Positions 9,096 to 28,019 of a DNA stretch of 64,000 nt are shown piece by piece (positions within the stretch are counted from its first letter, which is position 1; the number at the start of each line of letters is the position of its first letter). The notes under the pieces are model-generated. The model was not told where the DNA came from. It saw nothing but the letters and a program-made list of their open reading frames with translations, and ran no database searches. A program made the position numbers and the translations under genes. Origin of the DNA: Macrostomum lignano (lineage: Eukaryota); the NCBI GenBank assembly GCA_002269645.1, contig NIVC01000112.1:330520-394519 (forward strand). Direction: 5' to 3'.

Positions 9096-11594
9096 TATTT
9101 AAATCTAAAACTTATATAGCATTTATTATAAAAGCAGCTTAATTTAACATGTTTAAAAGTTTTACATAAATTATAGGTAAACAACTCAATTGGTTTTTGG
9201 AAAAATCTTATTTTACATACTTGTTTATATAGGGGAAAAAGTATTTAATTTAAGAATAATAATAGTCCTATTAGTATTTTCAATATAAGAGAAACTATCA
9301 TAAAAAAAGAGATCATTATTATAATTATGACTTGGTATAATTACAATACACATGTAAATATTTGTTAATCAAACTTGCAGTGCCAAATTTGATTTCTATA
9401 TATGTTTTAAATTGTCATTATATATAATACTATATATTTAATATATATACGTTGTTATATAATATATATGTATAATTATAATGTATCTAGATGGCATATA
9501 AATAGAACATATTTTCTCAAAAAATATTGACTTTACAAGAAAATATAATAGAATATTGAGTTTATTTAGGATAAAAAAACTTATATATACAGTTGTTTTG
9601 TTGTTTCATTAGAGGCCTTTAAAATTAAAGCCTTTTTGTCATAAATTCATTTTGTTATTAAGTTAAATAGTAGGAAAGCATAGAGTCTATATGATTTTTA
9701 AGTTTTAATTGAGTGAGATGAATATTCTAGGACAATAATTTGATTTCTTCCTGAATTAAGTCAAAATGTATCAGTAAAGAAACTTTTTTTCTCAAGTTAA
9801 GTGTTCTAAAGAAAAACCATACTATATATATTATATATTAAAAAAGGATTAATGAGCTGTGTTATCATCTACCTTAGGCCTACTTTGAACTTTTGAGTTT
9901 AAAGCTGAGTATAGTCAAAATTGTTTAATGATGATTTGATGACCAAATGTGCAAAACTTAAACATTTAATGTGATGACTTCAACCAAAACTAAAAGCAAG
10001 GGCATCAATATTATAAGATCAATTTATAGCATACAAAACAAATCTGAATTAATTTTAGCGCCCTAGCCTAGCCTGGCAATAAAATATTTGAATTAGAATA
10101 CAAGCTTTTTGTTTTAATTTCTCAGATTGTTGCAGCTATAGGCCTAACTCTCCAAGTTGCAGCTATAACTAGATACATTATTTATTATTATAATACATTG
10201 TTTTTTTAATAAAATAATCGCTCCTTTATAATCGCTCCTATAATATAGCTGAAGAATGACGTTATATAGCTCATATATAAAAACAAATTATGTAGGTGCA
10301 ATTAACAGGGTAGTAGTTACCCATACTACGGCATATCTATAGTTAGTCAAGATGCAATACTTGAATCTAAGAAAGCCAATTACTTTTAATTTTCATTATT
10401 TTTTACTACCACGATATAACAATTACTTTAACTGTATTAAATAAAAAGCTTTAATTTAATGCTATTAGCTATGTATTACGTTTTTAAAACAGTATAACTT
10501 TATATTACCAGTCTAAACTATCTCAAATTTACATTACTCTAGCTTGTGACTGCGGGCCCTTTTGATCGCTGGCCTGACACTTGGTGGCGCGTCCTCAGTG
10601 GGCGAAGCCAAAGTAGTAGAGAAGGACAGAATACACCCACACAGAAGCACCATTCGATCACTCGAAGCAGCTCAAAGCAATTTGGAAGGTCTTCTTTTTT
10701 GACTGGCCTAGGCTACAGTAATTACATGTAAGGCCGCAGACGCACGTGTGTACATGTACACACGTGCACCAAAATTTTTTTTGGAACATGCGGCTTACTC
10801 GTTAGTTTCAGAGTCAAGCAGCGGTGTAGAAGTTTTCGCTTTCTAGGATTTTGATGCTCCAGCTCTATAGCTATCTGAATCGACGTACGGACCATGCAGC
10901 TCCGATCCATGAGCTTACCCCGAACTGCAATATGGTACTGTAACATTAATTAATTGGTAGTAGTAAGAAGTAAAGGAAGGTGCGTGCATGTCCATGTACC
11001 GTGGACATGTACCGTCTGCTTCACGTAAAGCAGTATAAGAGAAACTTCTGTTGGTTCAACCCTAAACAACAATTTGAGTCAACTTCTATAATTCCTCACC
11101 GATTCCACACTAGCGGCCCCAAATTATACTGATGAGGACGCACTTTTTTCCAAATCCCGCGCTAGCACATGGGCTCTAAACTTATTTGCCTACTAACAGT
11201 GGGCAATGGGCATTTTTATCCTTTTTCTGCGAATTTTCATAGAATCTATACTAGATATAATGTCTGGCCATACTACTAGTAGTCATAATAACATAGGCTC
11301 AGCTTTTTGGGTCATAAATCATCGCTTGCGAAGCTGGTCTGACAGCCACCTGCGCCTCACTCAGTGTTGAGGCGGGCGCCAGATGGTCTGAGAGGATGCG
11401 GGCGGTAGCTTTTTTTCAGAGCCTATTGTTCGTGTTCACTCAAGCGTGTGACAGCTTTGACAGCTATGCGTTTTACCCCTAAAAGTACCTTGGGATTAGC
11501 GATTAGCGATTTCTCTTCATTATCTTCACTTTCTATTTAATAAGAGCTTTCTAATGTATATTTTTTCATTAATTTCTGTCAATCCTACGCGAAA

Positions 11595-11840
11595 GGTCAT
11601 AAATCATTTTGTTGCGATTTTGAGTGATTTATGGCCGCACCTGTCATCTTTTTACGACCCTGTGGGAACTGATAGGATCTCTCGGTCACGTGATTCTGGG
11701 TAGCAACAAGCTTAGCCAATCAGAAAATTCGGCGCTCATTTTAACAAAACGGCTCAGCCAATCAGAATCGACGTGTTCCATTATAACAAACTGCGGTCCA
11801 GTTGGCGGCTATTTAAACCGGAGTTTTTGGCCCGCTCGGA
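11595..11840 (+). promoter_or_regulatory. Orphan Pol II promoter: TGATTTATGRCC sites, E-box, two CCAAT boxes, TATA-like box
   Basis: GGTCATAAATCAT at 11595 and inverted copy at 11624; GTCACGTGA at 11685; AGCCAATCAG at 11714 and 11756; CTATTTAAA at 11809. Confidence 0.5.
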
Positions 11841-14050
11841 CTCAACTTTGGCTCGGGCCCAGCGCGCAACTTCTGGTTCCCAGAGCACGACCGTCGTTTC
11901 TTGATCCCCGGATTGCGACTTCCCCCATCATCATCAAGGACGAGTCCCCCGGTCGACAGCAGCGAACATCAAGCAAAGATCATCACCTGCTAGCTAACAG
12001 CGAAGATTGTGACAGCATCATTCCGAATCTACAGCTGCAGAGCATCGAGCCGATTCGGTCGCTGTGGATTACCTGGTCTCCGGCTGTTGAGTTTCTGATT
12101 GGTTGGGTGAGAGGCTACCTAGACTTGCTTGATTGGGTGATCCCTTGTCTGTCCCCTGTTGCAGTAGCTGAATTAGGCGCACACTTTTGCTCATTTTGTT
12201 CAGTGGTGCTGTTACTGAGGCAGAAATCATTCAATAATACTGCCAGTAGTCTGAAACTCCAATTCGATCCGAAGTGTGAAGTGATCTAAGGAGAAGGTTA
12301 AATCTGACAGTTATTTTTATCGGTTTTAGTTCTTTGTTCGCCGAAGGCTCAGATGAGTAGCTAAGCTAGTAGGCGCCGGTCACAGTGGACCAATGGCAAG
12401 GCGGTTCTCAGTCGATCAATCAATCAAATCAGTGAGCAAAACTGCCAGAAGTGCAGAATCGGCGCCAGAGATGTACTTTGTGCACTCTAGGTTAGCCAAG
12501 CGGCTCGGGTAATGAATCATGCGGTCTCTGAAGTTCGAGTTAGTCTATCATCAGCGCTATGAGAGGCTAGTTGGCGCGTTGAAGGCCAAAAGTACATATC
12601 TTCGTATTTAGCAATGTAATAGTACATGTAGCTACCCCATAGACTCGCCACTGCAAGAATCCCCTGCACAAGTCCCCTCTGTACCTGCATGGCCAATGCG
12701 ATCTAGTCCCAGCAGTGTCCCTTATCATCGGCTATGACTTCGAGATTGACAGCAAAAAGACACTAGTTGGCAGGTAAGTGCAAAGCCCCTTCTAGTCGGA
12801 AGCCCGATTTCGAGAGTCCCGGTGTGGTGAGCCAGGGCGTACGGGCTGGTGGCAGCAAGTTAGTTGATCTGCGGATTAGCTAATTTCTACTTTCAAAATT
12901 CTCCCTGCTCATCTCTCGCTGTCCCTCTCTTAGCTATAGGACCTAGACTGCTCGCCACACGATCAAGCTACCATGGGGCTGACCATCTGACAGGAGTGGG
13001 GGCCAGGTCTCTAATTGATTTATTTCTGAGCCTGAGGCTCGAAGGCTTCCCTAACAAGGAGCCCGAAGGTCGAAACCCATCAATACATTTACATGTACAT
13101 GTAGCACATAATTTATCAAATTGCGCAGTCATTGTGGGAGTCATTCAATATCAGTGTAGGTTTTGCAAGTGACTTTTTCCAGCTTTGGAACAAATGAAAT
13201 TCTCACCCAAATCCCGCAGCTGCCTTTGATATGATCCCGACTCCACAATCGTACATGTACATGTAAAAAACCCATGCACTGTGCCCTTCTCACCTGTAGC
13301 TAGCCTTTTTATTAGAGCCAGGGGGCTGTGTGCACCCTGCCACACTAATTTAAGCGACATTCAAATGGTAATTCATCAAAAAATTATAGTTAAGACACGT
13401 CAGTCCCGGCAGTTGCGGGGGACACATGAAGTTGCCCAAAAGTTCACCAAAGCAGTCACACATTGACGCATACATACGACAGCATGTGCAGTCGGCATTA
13501 CATGTACATGTACACCAGAGCACGACACGGTAAAGCAACCTCCCAAGAAATTCTATCATAGAAATAGTACAAAATTACCAAAATTAGCAATTGACGGGAA
13601 ATTTATCAAAGCACAGCAATAATTCGAAAATTGTTTTACCTTTGTCTACAGCAAGACCATAGCTAAATTGCAACAGTACTCAAAGTAGTATGTGGTCTAC
13701 ATGTATAATATACATTTGGAGAAAAACAACACGGCTTCACACTAAATAATTGCATGCATTTTCGAATTGCTTCCCCAAACACGATTAATGACGAATCTAT
13801 GCATGAAAAATTGCAGAGCACCGCAAGCACGCGCATCCGTGATGACAGAGAGCACTTTCCTGGAGCTCCTTTCGGCAGAAAAAACAGTGCAAAACATTCT
13901 GTGGCCTTGGCCTTAAATTACAAGGAATTTGTTCGCATGAAGTGAAAACAGAAAAAAGTAGTGCCTGAAAATTTAAAAGGAGGACTAGCTTCATGACCTT
14001 AATGAGAATTGCTCTATTAAGCTGCATCTGACAACGGATCAATGGCGTCA

Positions 14051-14860
<810 letters not shown>

Positions 14861-15583
14861 ATGGACGAACAGACAACAGACAGAGACTGACCTACATAGT
14901 CAGACACTAGCACAACAATTCCTAAAGTCTGCTTGTGCCCGACCATAAGTACATGCGTCCACATTGCGCATATCTATCTGATCTATGCATTTCACACCTG
15001 CGCGCAGAGAAGAGCTTCCTAATTGCTAATTTCATAGCCAGCCGCGGGCCACCTTCAAGACCAGCTGTTTGACAGAGCAGGCGCAGACTGTCGCACCGTT
15101 TTCCTGGGACTCGGGAATCAAAGCAATGCCATCACAAAGGCCAGCCGGTTTGCAGTTTTAAGCATTTATATCATCACAGACATCAAATTACTGCGCCTCC
15201 TGGGCTGGGTGATTCTCATTTCTGCTTTGAGCAAATTACCTAATTAACAGCGCTGATTTCCGATACCTGCTGCTTTCTACTTGAGTTCCGGCTTCAAGAA
15301 TGTCCTAGCATTGAAGTAAAGTATCACTCGCGAAAGTGGGAATCGAGTAAGGGGTTGCTAATCGGGGGTTGCTAGTTCCTGGTTCCTGGTAATTGCTAGG
15401 CTGGGGTCCTGGCTGTGCTTGGCCTGGCGGGTCAGCCTCCTGCAGCAACAACCGCAGCGGGAGGGCAGCAGTGCAGGATGAGCATCTTTTTTGAGTGCTC
15501 AATGGAAACACTAAGAGAAGCGATGCTTTGCTAAGAGCGGCTGAACTAGCGTCCGCTGTGGGGTGAGTTGAGGATCATGGTAG

Positions 15584-16060
15584 CATCATCATCATCATCA
15601 TCAACGACAACCTCATCTTCAACAACAAAAACATCATCAACAACAACAAAAGCAACAACAACAACATCCTCATCAACAACTAAAAAAACAACAACATCCT
15701 CATCTACAACTAAAACAACAACAACAACAACAACAACAATATCATCATTAACAACAACAACAACAAGATCATCATCATCAACAACAACAACAACAACAAC
15801 AACAACATCATCATTAACAACAACAACAACAACATCATCATCATTAACAACAACAACAACAGCATCATCATTGACAACAACAGCAACAACATCATCATCA
15901 ACAACAACAACATCATCATCATCAACAACAACAACAACAACATCATCAACAACAACATCATAATCATCAACAACAACAACATCAACATCATCATCAACAA
16001 CAACAATCACATTTTCAACAAAAACAACAACAACAACAACAGCAACAACAACAGAAACAT
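15584..16060. repeat. (AAC)/(ATC) trinucleotide low-complexity array
   Basis: Direct inspection. Confidence 0.95.
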
Positions 16061-16455
16061 CAGCAGCCGTGAATTTAGTAATGCTGACAGTTTTTGGCAC
16101 TAACTAGTTAAATAAAATTTACTGTTAATCTTCTTCATTAAAACTTTTACAACTCATTTGCAGCGATTTCAGTGCTGTACGGTAAGTTGCTGACTAAGTC
16201 AGATTTACAATTTACGATTTAGAATTTCCAAAAAGCTGTTTTTAAGGAATTAACCGACTCTTACATTTAGGGTTTCAATTCTTTTTTGGTGTCGCAACAG
16301 TTGTAAATACCACACGCAAAGAGGCAAGAGCCACAAGGTGATCCCCTTAACTGCATGGGGATAGCATCGTAAATTCCCATTCAGCATTATCCCCCTCTGC
16401 ATCATCCCCTCAGCATTGCCCTCAGGATCATCCCCCTCAGCATCATCCCCTCTCA

Positions 16456-16794
16456 CCCAAGTGAGGAAGAAATACGGTCTGCACTCTATGGCCGGACTCA
16501 AGTGAGGAAGAAATACGGTTCTGCACTCTATGGCCGGACCCAAGTGAGGAAATACGGTTCTGCACTCTATGGCCGGACCCAAGTGAGGAAAAACGGTTCT
16601 GCAGTCTATGGCCGGACCCAAGTGGGGAAAAACGGTTCTGCAGTCTATGGCCGGACCCAAGTGGGGAAAAACGGTTCTGCAGTCTATGGCCGGACCCAAG
16701 TGGGGAAAAACGGTTCTACACTCTATGGCCAGACCCAAGTGAGGAAGAAATACGGTTCTGCACTCTATGGCCGGACCCAAGTGAGGAAGAAATA
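16456..16794. repeat. 39-42-bp minisatellite, about 8 copies
   Basis: Unit CCCAAGTGAGGAAAAACGGTTCTGCAGTCTATGGCCGGA. Confidence 0.95.
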
Positions 16795-17199
16795 CCACCT
16801 TGAGCAAGCTGTACTTACAATGCCATAATTCGGTTAGCTTTAAAGTGCAAGCGAAATCTGTGACAAAAAGCGACAGCAACAGCAAAATCAAAGACAGAGA
16901 GAGAGAATGCAAAGCCGTGAATTCTGTTTGGACGGTGCCCAAATTACAGTCATTAACATGCAATGCCGCCTAAAAGCACTGTGCCAGAGCAGCTCGAAAA
17001 GCTTTTAAATGTAAAAGCTTCATTCCTGATTAGAAGGCATGACGTCATGCAGGCTCAATCTGATTTCACACGTGCCTGACTGGCTAATCTTGCGCATAGT
17101 TGTCGACCTTTGCTTAGCGACTCGGATCCTGAGCCTCCAGTCTTGAGTAAAGTCGAATTTACTGTGTTCAAGCAAGACTATCCTCAGTTGCTGGTGCCC

Positions 17200-17720
17200 C
17201 CTCAAATAAAATGGCACCCTCTCAAAATGAAATAGCGCCCTCTCAAAATAAAATGGCGCCCTCTAAAAATGAAATAGCGCCCTCTAAAAATGGAATGGCG
17301 CCCTCTCAAAATAAAATGGCGCCCTCTAAAAATGAAATAGCGCCCTCTAAAAATGGAATGGCGCCCTCTCAAAATAAAATAGCGCCCTCTCAAAATGGGA
17401 TGGTGCCCTCTCAAAATAAAATGGCGCCCTCTAAAAATGAAATAGCGCCCTCTCAAAATGGAATGGCGCCCTCTTATAATGAAATAGCGCACCTATAATG
17501 AAATAACGCCCTTAAAGTGAAATGGCGCCCCTCAAAAGAAATGGCGCCTCCCAAAAGTAAATGGTAGCCTCCTCGAATGAAATGGTGCCTCCCCTCAACA
17601 GAAATCGAGCCCCCTCAGATAAAATGGCGCCTCTCAAAATAAGATGGCTACCCCTCAAATGAAATGGCGCCTTCGCAAAATTATGGCGCCCACTCAAAAT
17701 GAAATGGCGCCCCTCAACAG
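17200..17720. repeat. About 21-bp minisatellite (AAAATGGCGCCCTCTCAAAAT-like)
   Basis: Direct inspection; 7-aa period in the ORF track. Confidence 0.93.
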
Positions 17721-18232
17721 AAAAAGCGCTGCCTGCATAAATCTGCATAAAATCCATCCCAGTAATCTCCGCATTTCGACAGCTGTAGCCCTTCTCTGTC
17801 TTGTCAGATTGTCAGGATCAAAGGTCACAGGATCCGCAATACCTTATGAAAGAGGCGAGCAAACCAGAGCTTTAGTGCCATTCGAACGCCGCAGGACAAA
17901 GATCTGGGCATAGAATTTATACAGCCTCTTTAAGCCGGAAACCCTCAATCAGGACCAAAGTCCCTGAAGACAAGATGCAACCCTATAATTAAATTTGAAG
18001 CAATTACGGGCACAAACAAAACTTTCATTGCGATGGCTGAGTCTTGCGCGCAAGTTATGCGACCCTCGAGTCCCAGGACCGCGTCTCTCTGAAAGCGAAT
18101 AAACGAATTGGATTCTCAGAACTGAACGCTGCCTTCTTCGTGCTGCGCTAGCCGGATTGTGAGTTAATGCACGGGCTGTCAAATGCATTTAGAGGCGAAA
18201 AAGTTTACTGAGCACACTCTAATTAGCGTTAC

Positions 18233-22754
<4,522 letters not shown>

Positions 22755-23074
22755 TTTGCAACAGGCAAAACAAAAGAACTTGGCAGTTTTTTTTGCAGAA
22801 AACACATTTTTTATATTTGCAAATCGGGTGAAGAACTTTATCGGCGCGCTGACATTGCAGTCGGGACACTTTCTAAACCTACTGTAATTGTTATTTTAAT
22901 TCGAATGAAAAAACAGCTCTCCATTGCTATCTATTTATTTGAAGCGGTTAAAATGTAACAAAAATTATTTGACAAGGTACGCGTGTGTTACAAGCTATGA
23001 ATACGGTTATTGTTTTTTTCTTATTTCAGTTCAATAAGGTCTCTAACCTTATTTTTTATCATAAATTTTGTAGT

Positions 23075-23345
23075 TCACTCCTGGAGCTGCAAGAGGTTCA
23101 CTCCTACTGTTCTTGTAGTTCACTCTGACTATTCTTGTAGTTCACTCTGACTATTCTTGTAGTTCACTCTGACTATTCTTGTAGTTCACTCTGACTATTC
23201 TTGTAGTTCACTCTGACTATTCTTGTAGTTCACTCTTATTATTCTTGTAGTTCACTCTGACTATTCTTGTAGTTCACTCTGACTATTCTTGTAGTTCACT
23301 CCTACTACTCTTTTAGTTCACTCCTTCTTGCAGTTCACTCCGCCA
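23075..23345. repeat. 22-bp minisatellite (TTCTTGTAGTTCACTCTGACTA) in the GPCR 3' region
   Basis: Direct inspection. Confidence 0.93.
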
Positions 23346-23358
23346 GTTATTAAGCAGT

Positions 23359-24639
23359 TCAATTTCCCCGCCAGGACTTCACTCTCTCGGTCGTGGCTGC
23401 TGCTGCATGCTGCTGCTGCTGCATTTCGTTCCGGCTGCTGAAGTTCCAGCTCTGCAGCGCCACCAGCTCGCCGCAGCTGCCCCGCCTCGACTGTCCAAGT
23501 CCGCCGCCGCCGCCGTTTCCGTTGCCTCCAGCGGTGCCACCAGCAGTGCCATCAGCCGCCGGGGAGCTGTTCAGCTTGCTGCAGCCGGCGCGCAGAGCCC
23601 TGCGGAAGCTCCTGCTGTACCGCGTCAGGATGAGGAAGTTCAGGCAGGAGTCCACGGGGACAAAGGCCAGGCCCAAGTTCGCCAGGCACTCCATCCACTC
23701 CAGGTCCACCTCCAGCTCGGGCAGCGGTCTCGAGGTGCACAGGATGTACACCACGGTGACGATGTGCATCACGGCGAACGGCAGCTCGCAGACGACGAAG
23801 CCGAGCGACAGCAGCAGGACGAGCTTGCAGGAGCGCCTGGCCGCGGCCCGGTTGAACGCCCGGCCCAGCAGCGCCGCGGCCATCCGAGCGCCCATGCCCG
23901 CGATGAAGGCGCCCGGCAGGATGCTGCCGAGGAACATCACGACGGCGTAGCGGATCAGCGTCGGCCGCAGCGCCTCACGAAGCGCTCGGCCCTCGGCGCG
24001 GCCGAAAGCGTCCGCCGGCTGAGACCGGTTGACGACTTGCTCAACAGCGGCGGCAGCGGCGGCGGTGGCGTCGGGAGCCAACTGGATGACGCTCTGGTTG
24101 ACCAGCTGCACCGGCATCTTTCCGGGGGCGGTGGCGGCGGCGCTCAGCCAGACAACGGCGGTAACCATGACAACGATGCCAATCAGGGTCTGTGCTTGGC
24201 GACGGGCGCCGAAGAATACGCCGGCCTGAGCGGCACGGAACGGCTGCACGATGACTATGAGGCGGCAGGCCGTGATGGCCAGCAGCCAATAGTTCCTGAT
24301 GGCGTGCAGCGTGTGGAAGCCGGACTCCAGGTGCAGCCGGCCGGAGGCGCGGTACACGATGAGGAAGCAGACCAAGAAGAGGCTGAGGGCGATCTCGGAG
24401 CCGGTGAGCACCAGCAAGCTGTTCGTCTTGCCGTGCCGCGACGCCTGGCGCTTCTGCGTGAGCGCCCGCAGCAGGTAGGCGTTGAGCAACACGGCGAACA
24501 GGGCGAAGGCCAGGGTGAGGCTCCAGGTGACTTCTTCGAAGGGCGGAGTGGATGGCCGCGGGTCGAACAGACTCTGACCGGTCGAGTTGGCGAGTTGCTG
24601 TCCCATCGAGAGCAGCAGCTGCTCGGGTGCCTGCTGCAT
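23359..24639 (-). CDS. Intronless class A (rhodopsin-like) GPCR, peptide-receptor-like, 426 aa from the first ATG
   Basis: About seven hydrophobic segments; TM3 AITACRLIVIVQPF, TM6 GFVVCELP, TM7 DSCLNFLI followed by helix-8 SRSFR. The ORF-track start is TTG; the first ATG is at 24639, downstream of a CTCTTCAG acceptor (exon start 24674). Confidence 0.85.
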   Translation of the reverse strand: MQQAPEQLLLSMGQQLANSTGQSLFDPRPSTPPFEEVTWSLTLAFALFAVLLNAYLLRALTQKRQASRHGKTNSLLVLTGSEIALSLFLVCFLIVYRASGRLHLESGFHTLHAIRNYWLLAITACRLIVIVQPFRAAQAGVFFGARRQAQTLIGIVVMVTAVVWLSAAATAPGKMPVQLVNQSVIQLAPDATAAAAAAVEQVVNRSQPADAFGRAEGRALREALRPTLIRYAVVMFLGSILPGAFIAGMGARMAAALLGRAFNRAAARRSCKLVLLLSLGFVVCELPFAVMHIVTVVYILCTSRPLPELEVDLEWMECLANLGLAFVPVDSCLNFLILTRYSRSFRRALRAGCSKLNSSPAADGTAGGTAGGNGNGGGGGLGQSRRGSCGELVALQSWNFSSRNEMQQQQHAAAATTERVKSWRGN

Positions 24640-25305
24640 AATCAGTTTTGCATCAGTACTTCCGGGATGCGAAGCTGAAGAGCGGCTTGAAGAGGGGACG
24701 GCGCAGCAGGTGACGACTTTTCCGTCTATATTTGGGCTTTTAAGGCTCAGAACCAATTCCTTCTGATTGGCTGCTCAAGCCCTTCTCCCTGTTCTCTGAG
24801 AAACCAGACAAGTAGACGTCGGGACAGAGAGTCTCTACGCCTCTACCGTTTGTTCTGTAATCAATCGTATTGACAGGTGGATACCTAGAGACAGCTCATT
24901 TTTTAGTTTATAGGATTTTATAGGATCTCTAAACTTCACAAATATTCCCCCAATGTAACTTTTCCAATCTTAGAAATAAAAAATTATTTGGGTTTTGATG
25001 GCTGTGAAGTTTGGGGACGGTGACAGCACCGATATAGTTATGGCAGACTTGCTACCGACAGCTCAGCCGCAGCTATTGAGCAGCGCAACCAAAGGCTGCG
25101 CACGGCTCTTCAGTCCAAGGACCAGGGAGTCGCCACACACCCTCAATTACCCCAGTTAATGCTGGTACCCTTTTACAGCTGGTTGAGCTGTAAAATGCAA
25201 TGTGAGATTTAAATGTCTTGCTCAAAGAAACAAATTGTTCCGAATGGATCGAGAAACGAATCTCAGGCCTTTCTGTCATGAGTCCGACGCTCTGCCCACT
25301 TGGCT

Positions 25306-27115
25306 ACAACCCTCACTAGGCTACAACCCCACACTAGGCTACAGCTACAGCCCCTCACTAGGCTACAACCCCTCACTAGGCTACAACCCCTCACTAGGCT
25401 ACAACCCCTCACTAGGCTACAACCCCACACTAGGCTACAGCTACAGCCCCTCACTAGGCTACAACCCCTCACTAGGCTACAGCTACAGCCCCTCACTAGG
25501 CTACAACCCCTCACTAGGCTACAACCCCACACTAGGCTACAGCTACAGCCCCTCACTAGGCTACAACCCCTCACTAGGCTACAACCCCTCACTAGGCTAC
25601 AACCCCTCACTAGGCTACAACCCCTCACTAGGCTACAACCCCTCACTAGGCTACAACCCCTCACTAGGCTACAACCCCTCACTAGGCTACAGCTACAGCC
25701 CCTCACTAGGCTACAACCCCTCACTAGGCTACAACCCCTCACTAGGCTACAATCCCACACTAGGCTACAACTCCCCCATTAGGCTACAACTCCCCCATTA
25801 GGCTACAACTCCCCCATTAGGCTACAACTCCCCCATTAGGCTACAACCCCTCACTAGGCTACAATCCCACACTAGGCTACAATCCCACACTAGGCTACAA
25901 CCCCTCACTAGGCTACAACCCCACACTAGGCTAAAACCCCTCACTAGGCTAAAACCCCTCACTAGGCTACAACCCCTCACTAGGCTACAACCCCTCACTA
26001 GGCTACAACCCCTCACTAGGCTACAATCCCACACTAGGCTACAACTCCCCCATTAGGCTACAACTCCCCCATTAGGCTACAACTCCCCCATTAGGCTACA
26101 ACCCCTCACTAGGCTACAATCCCACACTAGGCTACAATCCCACACTAGGCTACAACCCCTCACTAGGCTACAACCCCCCATTAGGCTACAACCCCTCACT
26201 AGGCTACAATCCCACACTAGGCTAAAACCCCTCACTAGGCTACAACCCCTCACTAGGCTACAACCCCTCACTAGGCTACAATCCCACACTAGGCTACAAC
26301 TCCCCCATTAGGCTACAACTCCCCCATTAGGCTACAACTCCCCCATTAGACTACAACTCCCCATTAGGCTACAACCCCTCACTAGGCTACAACCCCTCAC
26401 TAGGCTACAACCCCTCACTAGGCTACAACCCCTCACTAGGCTACAACCCCTCACTAGGCTACAACCCCTCACTAGGCTACAACCCCACACTAGGCTACAG
26501 CTACAGCCCCTCACTAGGCTACAACCCCTCACTAGGCTACAACCCCTCACTAGGCTACAATCCCACACTAGGCTACAACTCCCCATTAGGCTACAACTCC
26601 CCATTAGGCTACAACCCCTCACTAGGCTACAATCCCACACTAGGCTACAATCCCACACTAGGCTACAACCCCTCACTAGGCTACAATCCCACACTAGGCT
26701 ACAACCCCTCACTAGGCTACAACCCCACACTAGGCTAAAACCCCTCACTAGGCTAAAACCCCTCACTAGGCTACAACCCCTCACTAGGCTACAACCCCTC
26801 ACTAGGCTACAATCCCACACTAGGCTACAATCCCACACTAGGCTACAACCCCTCACTAGGCTACAACCCCCCATTAGGCTACAACCCCTCACTAGGCTAC
26901 AATCCCACACTAGGCTAAAACCCCTCACTAGGCTACAACCCCTCACTAGGCTACAACCCCTCACTAGGCTACAACCCCTCACTAGGCTACAATCCCACAC
27001 TAGGCTACAACTCCCCCATTAGGCTACAACTCCCCCATTAGGCTACAACTCCCCCATTAGGCTACAACTCCCCCATTAGGCTACAACTCCCCCATTAGGC
27101 TACAACCCCTCACTA
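25306..27115. repeat. 18-bp minisatellite (CTAGGCTACAACCCCTCA) with variant units
   Basis: Direct inspection. Confidence 0.97.
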
Positions 27116-27834
27116 GTCACCCCTTAGCTACTGTATTAACGGACTGTCAGGATATTTTGAACAACCGCAAACTTTTTTCAAGCATGGGACACATGGGGCT
27201 GAATGAAGCCATGCTCAGAGTGGGTTACCGAGGAGCTTCTGGCTAAGAAATAAAAGTGAGAGAAAGCCTTTAAGACAAACAAGCATTTGACACAATAATT
27301 TCCTGTTGTTTGCGTGTTGACAACTCTTCTCCGCAATTCTAATTACAAAGCAGAAGCCGCTTAGAATTCCTAGGAAATTTCCACAATAAATGGAAATTCT
27401 TTGAGTTTTCCTGACTGCCGTGCATCTCCTTTCAGCGCGCGGAAGCAAGGCTCAAAAATTGACACTTCTGTAGCTGTGTAGGCAACCTACCCTCCGCGCC
27501 GCCATGCTTAACGGCCAGTCCGATTCGAGGTCTCTCAAAATATCAGGAATCAGAACGTGACAAACAGCGATACTGCTTTTTTAAGCTGAATACAAAAAGC
27601 AGCGTTTTAAAATTCAAAATGAAACGAGGCTGCCCAAACAGAAGGACAAAGGGAGACAGGAGCGCCCAAAGTCCCTAAAGCTCCACCGCTGCCTTCCGCC
27701 AAACCGGATATGAATTTTCAATAATTCAGTGAAATTGCTTTCTCTGAATTGTGAAACATGATAACTGGCTGCTCCATGCCTCACTTCCATTGTTAATTAA
27801 CATGCACATCTCATTCCAAGCGAAACAATGAAAA

Positions 27835-28019
<185 letters not shown>

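Noticed and set aside
11129-11160. CTGATGAG, a possible hammerhead ribozyme core (also at 28030 on the minus strand and at other sites)
   Set aside because: No stem II closing onto GAAA and no stem I/III pairing was found.
11624-12289. 221-aa ORF
   Set aside because: GTG start, runs across CCAAT/TATA elements and has no recognisable motifs.
10545-12384. Solo LTR bounded by TGTGAC...GTCACA
   Set aside because: No target-site duplication, second LTR or convincing PBS.
15546-16100. Mucin-like Ser/Thr or poly-Val/Asp ORFs
   Set aside because: Pure AAC/ATC repeat with no supporting splice context or signal peptide.
23393-24678. Plus-strand 185-aa and 423-aa ORFs over the GPCR
   Set aside because: Antisense shadows of a GC-rich CDS.
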